In this document: positions 22,221 through 32,652 of the stretch, one piece after another
Layout: every line of letters begins with the position of its first letter
How positions within the stretch are numbered: the stretch's first letter is position 1
Origin: Acholeplasmataceae bacterium
GTDB lineage: Bacteria; Bacillota_I; Bacilli_A; Acholeplasmatales; Acholeplasmataceae
Length of the DNA: 64,000 nt
Reading direction: 5' to 3'
NCBI GenBank assembly: GCA_963667565.1
Contig: OY763415.1
Location: forward strand, 640,001 to 704,000
Translations under genes and position numbers: made by a program
Notes under the pieces: model-generated
What the model was told of the DNA's origin: nothing
The model's database searches: none
The model's input: the letters and a program-made list of their open reading frames with translations, nothing else

Positions 22221-23852
22221 TTATTTTAGTGTTTGAAACAAAAATCTAGTCATTTCCTCTTTTGGTAATGGTCTCTTGAAATAATAACCTTGTGCATATT
22301 TACATTGATATTGTTTCATTAGCTCACAAACTTCTTTATCTTCAATACCTTCAACAGTCACATCTAAATTAAGATCTGTTGCAAGCTTGATTGTTGATTT
22401 AACAATTTTTTGATTTGCCTGATTTGTTAAAATATCTTTAGCAAATGCTTGATCAATTTTAATACCAGTAAATGGAAAACTTGATAAATATGATAATGAT
22501 GAATATCCTTGACCAAAGTCATCGATAGAGATTTTAAATCCTAAATCATAAAATCTTTGAAGATTTGCTCTAATTTGATCATAATCTGAAACTAAAACAG
22601 TTTCAGTTACTTCAAGTTCAATCGCTTTTGGTTTAATATCATATTGTCTAAATATATTCATCATATTAGTGTAAAAACTTGTGTCATATAAGTTTTTAGC
22701 GGATATATTAATCGCAATTGGCATATAAATACCTTGATTTCTTAATTCAATATGATATTCAATTGCCCAGGTAAATACACTTTGTGTTAACTGTTGAATC
22801 AGTGAAGTTTTTTCAATGGTTGGAATAAAATCATTTGGTGGAATTAACTCACCGTTTCTTTCCCACCTAATTAAAGCTTCTAAAGATTCTGTTTTACCAT
22901 TTTCTAAATTAACTTTAGGTTGGTAATATAAGAACACTTTATTATTTTCTAAACCTTCAATGAAGTCATAAGAAATTTCATACTCATGTCTAGAATCTGA
23001 TTTAAGATTAGAATATCTTAAATATAAGACATGTCTTTTAACTGCTTCTCTAGCTGTCATATCAGTTGAAATAAAATATTGAGATAGATCATCATTTGCT
23101 CGATGAATTCTTGTGTCAAAACCTAGACCAAAGTTAACAAATAATCGTTGTTCAATATTATCTTTGATATGGGTCATGATATTTACAATATTTTGTATTT
23201 CTTCTCTATAATCATTAGATTCTTTTAATATCCATAGTCTTCTTTCCTCTGGAAAGATGACATATGTGTCTTTGTAGACACCTTGTATTCTTGTTTTGAT
23301 AAGATTTAGAAAATCATAATATGCTTTATAACCTAATACTTCTGTAATCATTTCATAATTTTCAATTAAGATGGTACAAAACATATAGACTTTATCTTCT
23401 TGTAATTTTAAGTGTTGTAAAACATTAATATTATATAGATTACTATCTGGGTGTTGAATAAGATAGTTTTCCATTTTTTGATTAAGTTTTTGATAATCAG
23501 ATGATAACATACCAGATAGTAGTCCTACCATCGAGAAAATAAATAATCTAAAGAACCAATCTGGAAATTCTTGAGGATCACCTGAGATAAGATCAACTGG
23601 TAATAGTGGTCCTGCTAAGATACCTGCAAATAAGCCTGCTGCAAGCCCTGCATATGGACCAACGAGACTACCTACTAATACAATTGATAAATAGAATATA
23701 TGTGTATAGGATAAATGATTTAGTTGATAATCAATATTTTTAATGTAGAAATAAAAACCTATCATCAAGCCAAAATTCAGAACGAGAAGTTCTGGTTTGT
23801 AGTACTTGAACATAAGTTTTACAAGTTTGTTATCCTTAAAGGATTTCTTCAC
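22221..23852 (-). CDS. Membrane-bound EAL phosphodiesterase with a degenerate GGDEF domain
   Basis: N-terminal TM bundle; YQPKV, EALIRW, ELEVTE, DDFGQGYSS, KID, EGIE and QGYY motifs. Confidence 0.9.
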   Translation of the reverse strand: MKKSFKDNKLVKLMFKYYKPELLVLNFGLMIGFYFYIKNIDYQLNHLSYTHIFYLSIVLVGSLVGPYAGLAAGLFAGILAGPLLPVDLISGDPQEFPDWFFRLFIFSMVGLLSGMLSSDYQKLNQKMENYLIQHPDSNLYNINVLQHLKLQEDKVYMFCTILIENYEMITEVLGYKAYYDFLNLIKTRIQGVYKDTYVIFPEERRLWILKESNDYREEIQNIVNIMTHIKDNIEQRLFVNFGLGFDTRIHRANDDLSQYFISTDMTAREAVKRHVLYLRYSNLKSDSRHEYEISYDFIEGLENNKVFLYYQPKVNLENGKTESLEALIRWERNGELIPPNDFIPTIEKTSLIQQLTQSVFTWAIEYHIELRNQGIYMPIAINISAKNLYDTSFYTNMMNIFRQYDIKPKAIELEVTETVLVSDYDQIRANLQRFYDLGFKISIDDFGQGYSSLSYLSSFPFTGIKIDQAFAKDILTNQANQKIVKSTIKLATDLNLDVTVEGIEDKEVCELMKQYQCKYAQGYYFKRPLPKEEMTRFLFQTLK

Positions 23853-23868
23853 AAGGATGCCTCCTAAA

Positions 23869-24861
23869 TTATTTAATCACTTTAATCCAATGATCTGGAT
23901 CTGGAATATCTCCAAATTGAATGCCGATTAAGATATCATATAGTTGTTTAGTAATAGGACCCATTGTTTCATGATATGGGAATATATGCTTTTTACCTTG
24001 ATGGGTAATTGAAGCAATTGGAGAGATTACTGCTGCTGTTCCACATGCTGCAGCTTCTGAAATGTTAGATAAATCATCAATATACACATCAGTCTCTTCT
24101 ACTTTTAAGTTTAACATATTTTTTGCAATGTAGACTAAAGAACGTTTTGTAATGCCATCTAATATTGAATTTGACTTAGGTGTAATGAATTTATTATCTT
24201 TTGTAATCGCAAAAAAGTTAGCTGTACCAGCTTCCTCAATTTTCGTATGTGTAAGTGGATCTAAGAAGATGCAATCAGCGAACCCTTGATCTTTAGCAAT
24301 CTTTTTAGCAAGAAGAGATGACCCATAATTTCCACCTACTTTTGCTTGACCTGTACCCATAGGTGCTGCTCTATCATAATCAGATGTCACCATATCTAAT
24401 GCTTTACCTTCAAAATATGATCCTACTGGAGTTACAAATATTGAAAATAAATATTCAGAAGCTGGTTTAACACCTATATTATCTCCCCATCCAATCATAA
24501 ATGGACGAATATATAAAGAAGATAGGTCACCATAAGGTGGAATAAAAGATTCATTTGCTAAAACAGTTTTAGTCACTGCATCAACAAAATCATGTACAGG
24601 GTAAGCAGGCATCACAAGTCGTTCACATGAATCTTGGAAACGTCTAGCATTATCAAAAGGTCTAAATAACTGAATGTGACCAGATTTTGTACGGTATGCT
24701 TTCATACCTTCAAATGCTGTTTGCCCATAATGAAGGGAGGTTGCAGATAATGAGATGTTCGTTTTATCTGATGCTTGCATAAAACCTTCTTGCCATTTAC
24801 CATTAGCATGAAATGATATAAATGTATTATTTGTTTTTATGTAACTAAATTTATTGCTCAT
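23869..24861 (-). CDS. ilvE: Branched-chain amino acid aminotransferase
   Basis: LHYGQTAFEGMKAY, YIRPF, KVGGNY, ILDGIT and CGTAAVISP motifs. Confidence 0.95.
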   Translation of the reverse strand: MSNKFSYIKTNNTFISFHANGKWQEGFMQASDKTNISLSATSLHYGQTAFEGMKAYRTKSGHIQLFRPFDNARRFQDSCERLVMPAYPVHDFVDAVTKTVLANESFIPPYGDLSSLYIRPFMIGWGDNIGVKPASEYLFSIFVTPVGSYFEGKALDMVTSDYDRAAPMGTGQAKVGGNYGSSLLAKKIAKDQGFADCIFLDPLTHTKIEEAGTANFFAITKDNKFITPKSNSILDGITKRSLVYIAKNMLNLKVEETDVYIDDLSNISEAAACGTAAVISPIASITHQGKKHIFPYHETMGPITKQLYDILIGIQFGDIPDPDHWIKVIK

Positions 24862-24879
24862 TGATATACTTTCTCCTAA

Positions 24880-25734
24880 TTAAGACCAGATGACTACTTC
24901 AACCCTGATTTTTTTTCTTAGTAATTTATGAAAGAAAACAGTTGTATTTATTATTCTAATTACCTGTTTATATGTTCCTCGACCATTATTAACTAGCCAA
25001 ATTCTATTTTCTTTTTTAGTAAAATTAACACCTTTTTTATGAAAAGGCTTGTATATAAACTTAATAACACCCATAATTTTATAGCTATATTCGCAAAAAA
25101 CACTTCCCAAACTTGGCAATTTTTGATCCTGTTTATATTTGACATGTTCAATCTTTTCTTTTACTACATTTTCAATCTTTTCTTTTGTTAATTTTAAAAA
25201 ATTAAATTCAACACTTAAAATAATATATTCTTGATTATTTTTAAAAATTGAATTTCTGTACTCAAAATTACATTTTGCTTTATCAAGATATATAATCTCA
25301 TTTTTGTACAGACACTTAACTTTATCTACATAGTTTCCTATGAATCTTCCATCCTTAATGCCAGTTCCGGCATTCATCGCTATGGAGCCACCAACTAGTC
25401 CAGGTACGGTGATTAAATCTTCTATTCCACCATAACCATCCATATTTATAAATTTTATCAATTTATGAAGTTTTACTGATGCACCAACTTCATATTTTCC
25501 ATCACCTAGTCTAGTGATTTTATTATTAAAATCTCCAAGAAATATTACGTTTTCAAAAATCTTTTTATCATTAATTAATATATTAGAACCGCTAGATATC
25601 ATATAATACGTATTTAAGTTCTTCATCAAATTAATAAGTTCATTTTCATTATTGGGTAAATAAAAATTCTTTGCAATCCCACCAATTTTGAAAGCTGAAT
25701 ATAAAGAAAGATCTTGATTTTTAATAATATTCAT
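24880..25734 (-). CDS. MurB-like FAD enolpyruvyl-sugar reductase in the polysaccharide operon
   Basis: FKIGG, GSNILI, PG.VGG..AMNAG, FEYRNSIF, PSLGSVF and the terminal VEV motif. Confidence 0.8.
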   Translation of the reverse strand: MNIIKNQDLSLYSAFKIGGIAKNFYLPNNENELINLMKNLNTYYMISSGSNILINDKKIFENVIFLGDFNNKITRLGDGKYEVGASVKLHKLIKFINMDGYGGIEDLITVPGLVGGSIAMNAGTGIKDGRFIGNYVDKVKCLYKNEIIYLDKAKCNFEYRNSIFKNNQEYIILSVEFNFLKLTKEKIENVVKEKIEHVKYKQDQKLPSLGSVFCEYSYKIMGVIKFIYKPFHKKGVNFTKKENRIWLVNNGRGTYKQVIRIINTTVFFHKLLRKKIRVEVVIWS

Positions 25735-27254
25735 TATATACCTCCAAATATTCTTTTAACTCTATACATAGAATCAATAAAAATTTTTTTATCTGTCGTA
25801 AAATTAACGATGACAACTGCTAATAAAATTATCGAACCATTAAATATTGCTTGAAGAATCCATTCTTTTAAAGAATCAGCTCTAATCGGATAAAAAGTAT
25901 AAACAATAATAATAATGCTGAAAATAATAATGCTTCTGAAAATTCTGAATATTGACTTAGTAACTTTAAATCCAGTTAAATTTTTAGGTGCAAATATTAT
26001 TAAATCTACTGTTCTATAAACATTTGATATTAATGAACCTAATATAATCCCATCCAGCCCATAAAAATAACCTAAAAAAAATCCTAATCCTATAGCAATT
26101 AATCCTTGGATTGTTGTTTGAATTTTTGTTTCTCTATACAATCCTCGAGCAATTATAAGCATTCCGTTTGGTGTCTTAATGTTAAAGAAATACCCATTTA
26201 TAACAATGAAATATACTAACGATGGGTATATATAATTTATATCCGCACCAATTGTGTATAGTTTAACAAATGGTAAATATAATACAAATGTAATACTGTA
26301 TATAATTGTTAAAAAAATTAAATATATATATTCAAACTCAAGAAAAGACTTTTTAAATTTATTCTTCTCGTTTTTGACAATTAATTCTCCAAAACCTGCA
26401 GATAGGCCAGATGTAAAGATGCTCATCAGTGAATTAATGCCTTGAATAACCAAGTAGTAAATGGAATATATACTCACATCATATATAGTCAATATAATGG
26501 TGGCTATGATTATTGGAGAGCCTCTTTGGATAATTCCTAATATTTGCATATATAATGCATCCCAACGCTTCTCAAGTGAAATTTTTTCATCATTTTTACT
26601 AAAATCTAAAAATTTGTATCTATATTTTGCGTAAATCCATAAAATTAATGTTCGTATAAATATTGAAGATATAGCAATTAATCTAACTATAACAATGCTA
26701 ACACCTAAATTAGCTAAAATATAGATAATGATAGTATTAATTATTATTTGAATTATGGTAGCAATTGAAATAATGTATGTTTTTTGATCAGCAGTTAATA
26801 AAGCTCTATATTTTGCTAATGTAAAAAATTCCATGACACCATTTGAACCAATAATGAAAAACAAAAAAAACATTTCAAAATAGTTCAATGTGTTTACATG
26901 TATAAATAATGGATATAATACAGCCAATAATGTAATTAAACCAACAAATAGAAAACCTGATTTAAAATAGAAATTTTTTGCTGATACTAATATTTTATTT
27001 ATAAAATCTTTATCGTTCTCCGCTAATGGTTTATATAATTTATAAATCGCTGATGCACTTATTCCAGCTTCAACTAAAGATATATATGCAACTAATTGAG
27101 AAATTGAGGTTACTACTCCATTAATTTCAGACCCATAGTTATTAAGAATTATTTTTGGAATAATCATTCCTGTTATAAATGTGAAAAACTGTAAAATAGC
27201 TGTAGTAATAGTATTGAACAGAAATTTTTGACTTCTAGTATATTTTCTATTCAT
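25734..27254 (-). CDS. wzx: Wzx-type polysaccharide flippase
   Basis: About 12-14 TM helices, YGSEING...EAGI motif of MOP-family flippases, and operon context. Confidence 0.85.
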   Translation of the reverse strand: MNRKYTRSQKFLFNTITTAILQFFTFITGMIIPKIILNNYGSEINGVVTSISQLVAYISLVEAGISASAIYKLYKPLAENDKDFINKILVSAKNFYFKSGFLFVGLITLLAVLYPLFIHVNTLNYFEMFFLFFIIGSNGVMEFFTLAKYRALLTADQKTYIISIATIIQIIINTIIIYILANLGVSIVIVRLIAISSIFIRTLILWIYAKYRYKFLDFSKNDEKISLEKRWDALYMQILGIIQRGSPIIIATIILTIYDVSIYSIYYLVIQGINSLMSIFTSGLSAGFGELIVKNEKNKFKKSFLEFEYIYLIFLTIIYSITFVLYLPFVKLYTIGADINYIYPSLVYFIVINGYFFNIKTPNGMLIIARGLYRETKIQTTIQGLIAIGLGFFLGYFYGLDGIILGSLISNVYRTVDLIIFAPKNLTGFKVTKSIFRIFRSIIIFSIIIIVYTFYPIRADSLKEWILQAIFNGSIILLAVVIVNFTTDKKIFIDSMYRVKRIFGGI

Positions 27255-28074
27255 AAAATGTTTCTTTCAACCATTTTATAGACTCATAGTATAATTTAGA
27301 TCTATTCATCTGCTTTAATTTTCCTGTAACACTATTGTCATCATGTATAACTTCCAAATTGGAATCATAGTAATTTATCTTATTATTTTTAAGAATAATT
27401 TCTGCAATATAAGACTCCTCAGCAAAAAGAAGTGTTTTGTAAGGGAATATACTTAATTCTGAAATCAATTTATCTTTTAGTATGAAAAAACTTCCATGTG
27501 CTGAGTAAATATTCTGACTTACATCTCTAGTTTTTCTTTTTAATTTTGCTTTGATATTAGAAAGTCGAGTATAATAATAGGATAATAACGGTCTCCTAAA
27601 AACAAATAATTGTCTATTTATTTTTCTTAGTGAATTTCTATAATAATATTGTGGATTATCATATGTTTTTTTCTTAAATGAAAATACAGATGGTGCAATA
27701 CACCAAATAGATTCATCATATTTTTTTTCAATAAATTTTACCAAAAAATCCTTATTTTTAAATGAAATATCTGTGTTACTGAAAATGCTCCAGGTATAAC
27801 TAATTTTGGTTTCTTTAACTAGAGAATTATATCCAAAAATTAATCCATTTATATAACCAAGATTCTTATCTGGAACATAGATATAACTATCTGAAATAAC
27901 TGCTTTTATCTTTTTTCTAAATAAATTTAAATCACCTTGAAATAAATTTACTACAACAACAAAAATAATATTTTCACTTTTATTCAATTGACTTAATCTA
28001 TATGCATACTCAACAACTTCTTCTTCATTATTATACAAAATCACTACATTAGGTATTCTATTTAACTCACTCAT
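27247..28074 (-). CDS. Glycosyltransferase (GT2-like)
   Basis: VVILYN, NLGY..G, SNTDI, HGSF and LFAEE motifs. Confidence 0.75.
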   Translation of the reverse strand: MSELNRIPNVVILYNNEEEVVEYAYRLSQLNKSENIIFVVVVNLFQGDLNLFRKKIKAVISDSYIYVPDKNLGYINGLIFGYNSLVKETKISYTWSIFSNTDISFKNKDFLVKFIEKKYDESIWCIAPSVFSFKKKTYDNPQYYYRNSLRKINRQLFVFRRPLLSYYYTRLSNIKAKLKRKTRDVSQNIYSAHGSFFILKDKLISELSIFPYKTLLFAEESYIAEIILKNNKINYYDSNLEVIHDDNSVTGKLKQMNRSKLYYESIKWLKETFYE

Positions 28075-28076
28075 CT

Positions 28077-29159
28077 CTAGCTCCCATTTATAATTCTATT
28101 TAAATAATTGTGACTTTTTCTTCTTTCATTTATGATTATTCTATCAATCTCTGTCTTATCAACTAAATCAAAATATTTTATTGTATCATAATTAATATTA
28201 TTCTCATATTTGTATAGTTCAAAAGTTTCAATTAATTGCTCAATTCTGCTATTTGCTACACTAGATTTTGAAATTTCAATATATACTTTTTTCTTAAAGA
28301 TAATCGAAAAAGCAAAACCATGAAAAGAATTTGTCACTACGTATGATGCATTAGTTATTAAATTTATTAATTCTTCAACTTTAACATTACGTGATTGCTT
28401 ATATTTAATTGCATTAATAAATGAATGTGATATATATATAACTTTTAAATCACTTTCCTTTGTCAGTTTAGATAAAATTGATTTAAGATTAGTTTCTTTT
28501 TTTATCTGATAAACTAAGATATATTTGCTGTGATTAGCACTATTTGAAATTGACATCCATTCAGATTTATCTAGTAAAAAAACAGGGTCTAAATTCACTT
28601 CGATATTATTTTTATAATTGTTCTCTAAAAGTATTTCTTTGCCTTTGAACTCTCTAACTGAAATTTCATTAAATTCTTGAATTAATTTTTGTGTTTCTTC
28701 ATTAAAGATAAAATCTGTTACACCAAAACTAGCTGAAAAACTAGCTTTTTTATAAGGTTTAACAAAATCCAAAAAATATGACTTGTCTCTAGAGATTTTA
28801 GGATTCCATACTTGATCACTTCCAACTATGATTTTTTCATAATCTTTCTCAATTTTATATAAATTTTTTTGAGTGATTGACTTGCTTAGAATTAGTTTAT
28901 TCTTTCTAAATACATTCATTAGACTATGTTTTTGAGCAAAATAAAAATTGTTAATGAATCGATATATAAATTGTTTTAAGTTTCTAATTGAAGATAAATC
29001 AATAATTTTATATTTATTTTCAATATTTTTAGATCTATAATCTATTATTTCTGGGGAGACTTCAAAATTATTTTCAATATATGTTTGTAATGCATAGACT
29101 TGAAGTAATGCTCCATAATTATCTGCTCTATGAAATGTTATAATGCCGATTTTTTTCAT
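28077..29159 (-). CDS. Polysaccharide pyruvyl transferase family protein
   Basis: NYGALLQ.YAL, GSDQVWN, ISVRE, DPVFLL and TNSFHG motifs. Confidence 0.9.
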   Translation of the reverse strand: MKKIGIITFHRADNYGALLQVYALQTYIENNFEVSPEIIDYRSKNIENKYKIIDLSSIRNLKQFIYRFINNFYFAQKHSLMNVFRKNKLILSKSITQKNLYKIEKDYEKIIVGSDQVWNPKISRDKSYFLDFVKPYKKASFSASFGVTDFIFNEETQKLIQEFNEISVREFKGKEILLENNYKNNIEVNLDPVFLLDKSEWMSISNSANHSKYILVYQIKKETNLKSILSKLTKESDLKVIYISHSFINAIKYKQSRNVKVEELINLITNASYVVTNSFHGFAFSIIFKKKVYIEISKSSVANSRIEQLIETFELYKYENNINYDTIKYFDLVDKTEIDRIIINERRKSHNYLNRIINGS

Positions 29160-30327
29160 AAATGTATCCTTTCTGTTGTACTAATCCTATAGATAAAAAT
29201 GTGAAAAGTAGTATATAGTTATCATACATGGGATTACCAGTAATCCCATATATTATAAAATACACGAATACCATATAAAATACAAGATAATCTATTTTGA
29301 TTTGTTTTTTGTAAAATATATCTATAAATAATAGGAAAATGAAAAACAAAAATAGAAATAACCCAATTAGTCCATTCTCTCTAAATATGTTCAAGTAAAT
29401 ATTATGACCTGCAATTCCTAAATCCTTATCAGTGGAACCAGTACCAAAACCTATAAGCGGTTTAATTTTTATATCTTGGATTAACCTAATATATATATCA
29501 TCTCTATTAGTTAGAAAATTATCATTATTAAAAAATCTTTCATAAAAAGGATATCCAAATTCTGTATTTTTAAATATATAAAAAGTAACGACTATTAAAA
29601 CAGTAGCAATAAGCAAAGTATATAGTATTTTTTTTGCTGCAATCCTGTTATACATTATATATGTGAATAATGAAGCGAAAATTGCTGCAACAAAAGGTCC
29701 TCTCTTTCCTGTAAGTGCTATTGCTAGTAAACCAATTGTTAAATAAATAATTGTTCTATAGTATTTTTTTATAGATATATAATATATACCCAAAAAAACA
29801 GTAATTGATCCATAAAATGCTGCTACAGCCCTATCGGCAAATATTCCACCAAACACATAATTGTTTTGATTTAAATAATTCTCTACAATCAGTGAAGGAT
29901 CTTTGGTAAAATAATCCCTTATACTACTTATTAAATTTGGAAATATTGGGTGCAAGATGATTGTTAATGAAAATAAGATAACAAATTTTTGTATTAAACT
30001 AAGTAAAAATTTTACATCAATTTTACTGTTTTGAATAAGAATTTTAATGATAATTGCAACTGCAAAACTTAAGAAATACTTAAAACCTTTAGTGAAATCA
30101 GAAGTATATAATAAACCAATTGTATAAAAAAAGAAAAAAGAAAATAGTGCATAGTCATGTAAATACAATCGGATGTTATTCCTCAAAATAACAGTAATAA
30201 ATAATAATAAAAGCCCAATAAACAATAATGATTCTACTATAACAGAAGCTAAAAAAGGATATAACAATATATAAGTTATTATAAGTATGATTGATATTCG
30301 ATTTAGCAATCCTATATTAATTTTCAT
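29128..30327 (-). CDS. wzy: Wzy polymerase / O-antigen ligase family protein
   Basis: Multi-TM; TGKRG, R..IY, GFGTG and HNIYL..ENGLIG motifs. Confidence 0.8.
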   Translation of the reverse strand: MKINIGLLNRISIILIITYILLYPFLASVIVESLLFIGLLLLFITVILRNNIRLYLHDYALFSFFFFYTIGLLYTSDFTKGFKYFLSFAVAIIIKILIQNSKIDVKFLLSLIQKFVILFSLTIILHPIFPNLISSIRDYFTKDPSLIVENYLNQNNYVFGGIFADRAVAAFYGSITVFLGIYYISIKKYYRTIIYLTIGLLAIALTGKRGPFVAAIFASLFTYIMYNRIAAKKILYTLLIATVLIVVTFYIFKNTEFGYPFYERFFNNDNFLTNRDDIYIRLIQDIKIKPLIGFGTGSTDKDLGIAGHNIYLNIFRENGLIGLFLFLFFIFLLFIDIFYKKQIKIDYLVFYMVFVYFIIYGITGNPMYDNYILLFTFLSIGLVQQKGYIYEKNRHYNIS

Positions 30328-30348
30328 TATTTAATTCCTCTAATATTT

Positions 30349-31554
30349 CTAAGATATTTTTTTCCTAACATAGTCAATTAATGTGAGAAAACCTTCTTTA
30401 ATATAGTTACCTTTTGGTCTGTTAAAATGCATTACATTGTGATTTTGAGTAAATAATTGATTCCACTGATTTATTGCAATATCTTCATTAAAATTTAAAC
30501 TATGTTTTATAGCATTTTTAGACATTAAATTCAATCTATAGACATCTTCACTCAATGTAATTATTTGATTTGCTATTTTCTTATTACTTTTTAATAATAA
30601 ACCAGTTTTTGAGTTAATAATTGTTGTATTTAACCCATCATTCCTTTTTCTACTAATTACAGGGATTCCTTTACTTGAAAGTTCAACCGCACTAAGACAA
30701 AAAGTTTCATCTCTATAAAAATGTGATGGATTTACAATTCCTAGTGTACAGTTTTCAAGGAGAGTCATTATTTCATTCCAATCTAATACATTGTGAAAAA
30801 TTACATTTCTAGGATGTGATAATTTCTTTACAAGTCTTATTAATTTTTTTTCATAAGATGTAGAAGCTATTTGCATAGTACCAGTTGTTTCATTTAATGA
30901 ACGCAATCTTGATCCACCTACAATGTGAAGTTTTAAATTAGGTTTTTTCCTTTCAATATACTTCCAAATTTTAATTAAGTCATGCATACCTTTTTGAGGA
31001 ACTGCTGCACCAATATATATAATATCATTATTTGTATTATTATGTTTTACTTCAATCTTTAGAAACTGTTTAGGTAAAAAGTTATTGATATAAACAACTC
31101 TATTTTTTAGTTTAGAATCTTTCATATTCAAATACTGCTGTTCACTAACACATATAATTTTCAATACTTTATCTGTTTTTAATATTTTTCTGTATGTAAT
31201 ATAATCAATTGTGTTATGAGCCCAAATAAATACATTAAAGTTATTTTTATTAATTGTATCTAAATTAATTTTGAAGTCATTTTCTCTTAGAATAATGACA
31301 TCATTTATATCAGTGATTAATGACAAATCTTGGAAGCAATTTATTTTTATAGGATTAACTTTGCAATCTAATTGAAATTGAATTTCACCGATATAATATA
31401 ATTGTAATGATTTATTTTCAAACAATTTATTGTAGAAATAAAATAATTCTAAAAACAAATATTGAGTACCACCAATACCTGGATTTCCCAAAGAAACTTG
31501 AGTAATTTTTTTATCATTGTAAGAAGAAAAATCAAAATACAAAATATATTTCAT
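30349..31554 (-). CDS. GT4 glycosyltransferase
   Basis: GIGGT, KG, ETFCLSAVE and GIPVI motifs. Confidence 0.85.
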   Translation of the reverse strand: MKYILYFDFSSYNDKKITQVSLGNPGIGGTQYLFLELFYFYNKLFENKSLQLYYIGEIQFQLDCKVNPIKINCFQDLSLITDINDVIILRENDFKINLDTINKNNFNVFIWAHNTIDYITYRKILKTDKVLKIICVSEQQYLNMKDSKLKNRVVYINNFLPKQFLKIEVKHNNTNNDIIYIGAAVPQKGMHDLIKIWKYIERKKPNLKLHIVGGSRLRSLNETTGTMQIASTSYEKKLIRLVKKLSHPRNVIFHNVLDWNEIMTLLENCTLGIVNPSHFYRDETFCLSAVELSSKGIPVISRKRNDGLNTTIINSKTGLLLKSNKKIANQIITLSEDVYRLNLMSKNAIKHSLNFNEDIAINQWNQLFTQNHNVMHFNRPKGNYIKEGFLTLIDYVRKKIS

Positions 31555-32648
31555 TTTTTTACCTCTGCTTTTTCATATTCCTTTTTCCAAGTAAATTGCT
31601 TTATTAGATTAATTAAATCATTTTGTGAAAACTTATTATAAAAATTATCAATAAATTTAGATATCAAATTAAAATCTATATTTTTATTAATTTTATAATA
31701 ATGCAAGTTTTCGCTCAGACCATCTACAATTCCGCTTGTTAATATAGGCAACCCATTTAACATATATTCATAGTTCTTAAGTGCAGTATCAATATCTGCA
31801 TTTCTTCTAAATAATGCAATAGTACCAGCACCTAAATTATACTTTGGATATATTGACAAAAGTTCTACACTTGTTTTCGATCCTAAAAAGTGAACAAAAT
31901 TTGAAATATTTAGTGAATTTACTAGTTTCTTTAGTTTTTCTATCTCATAGCTTTCTCCTACTATATCAAAATATACTTTACTTGTATTTGTAAGGTTGTA
32001 TTTTGACAGAGCATTAATCAAAATATCATAGCCATGGTAAGGATAAACTGTACCAACACCAATTATTTTAATTGAACTTCCAATTGGTCTATTATTTATA
32101 GAATATTGATCAGGGTTACTTATTGAATTTCTGATAGGAGTCATTTTAGAGCATAGTTTAACATTTTTTCTACTCTTTACTATAAGAAATTTTGTTGAAT
32201 ATTTATAAATAAATGGATAAAAGAAAATATCATTTAATAATCTTATACTAGTTTTAAATTTGTGTCTTGAATTATATAATTGTTCAAACATATAAGGATA
32301 AGTTGGTATTTCATAGTATATTTTATTGAATGACTTGATGAATTTTATCAAAGATATTGTAGGAATATGATGTCTATAATATAAATTTTTCATTCCACCA
32401 TTGATTAGTAGATATTCTTTAATTGATTTAAATATGTGTTTTTTGCTTTTAATATTATTTATATTATTTAAAATCTCTTTGTGATTAAATTTACCTTTTA
32501 CATAAGTAGAAACCGCAAAATTTTCTTTATAATATGAAAACAATAAACACTTACCAAATATTAAGCTTAATGCTTTAGCTTGTGAATCAATTTTTTTGAA
32601 TATACCATCAGTATTCGAAATTTCCAAAAATGTTACATAACTTATCAT
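31551..32648 (-). CDS. GT4-like glycosyltransferase
   Basis: EIPTYPY, HGYD and LKNYEYM..GLP motifs. Confidence 0.8.
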   Translation of the reverse strand: MISYVTFLEISNTDGIFKKIDSQAKALSLIFGKCLLFSYYKENFAVSTYVKGKFNHKEILNNINNIKSKKHIFKSIKEYLLINGGMKNLYYRHHIPTISLIKFIKSFNKIYYEIPTYPYMFEQLYNSRHKFKTSIRLLNDIFFYPFIYKYSTKFLIVKSRKNVKLCSKMTPIRNSISNPDQYSINNRPIGSSIKIIGVGTVYPYHGYDILINALSKYNLTNTSKVYFDIVGESYEIEKLKKLVNSLNISNFVHFLGSKTSVELLSIYPKYNLGAGTIALFRRNADIDTALKNYEYMLNGLPILTSGIVDGLSENLHYYKINKNIDFNLISKFIDNFYNKFSQNDLINLIKQFTWKKEYEKAEVKK

Positions 32649-32652
32649 TATA

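Noticed and set aside
24880..25734. Evidence for peptidoglycan synthesis
   Set aside because: It is a lone MurB-like gene inside a glycan operon, with no other mur or dcw genes in the window.
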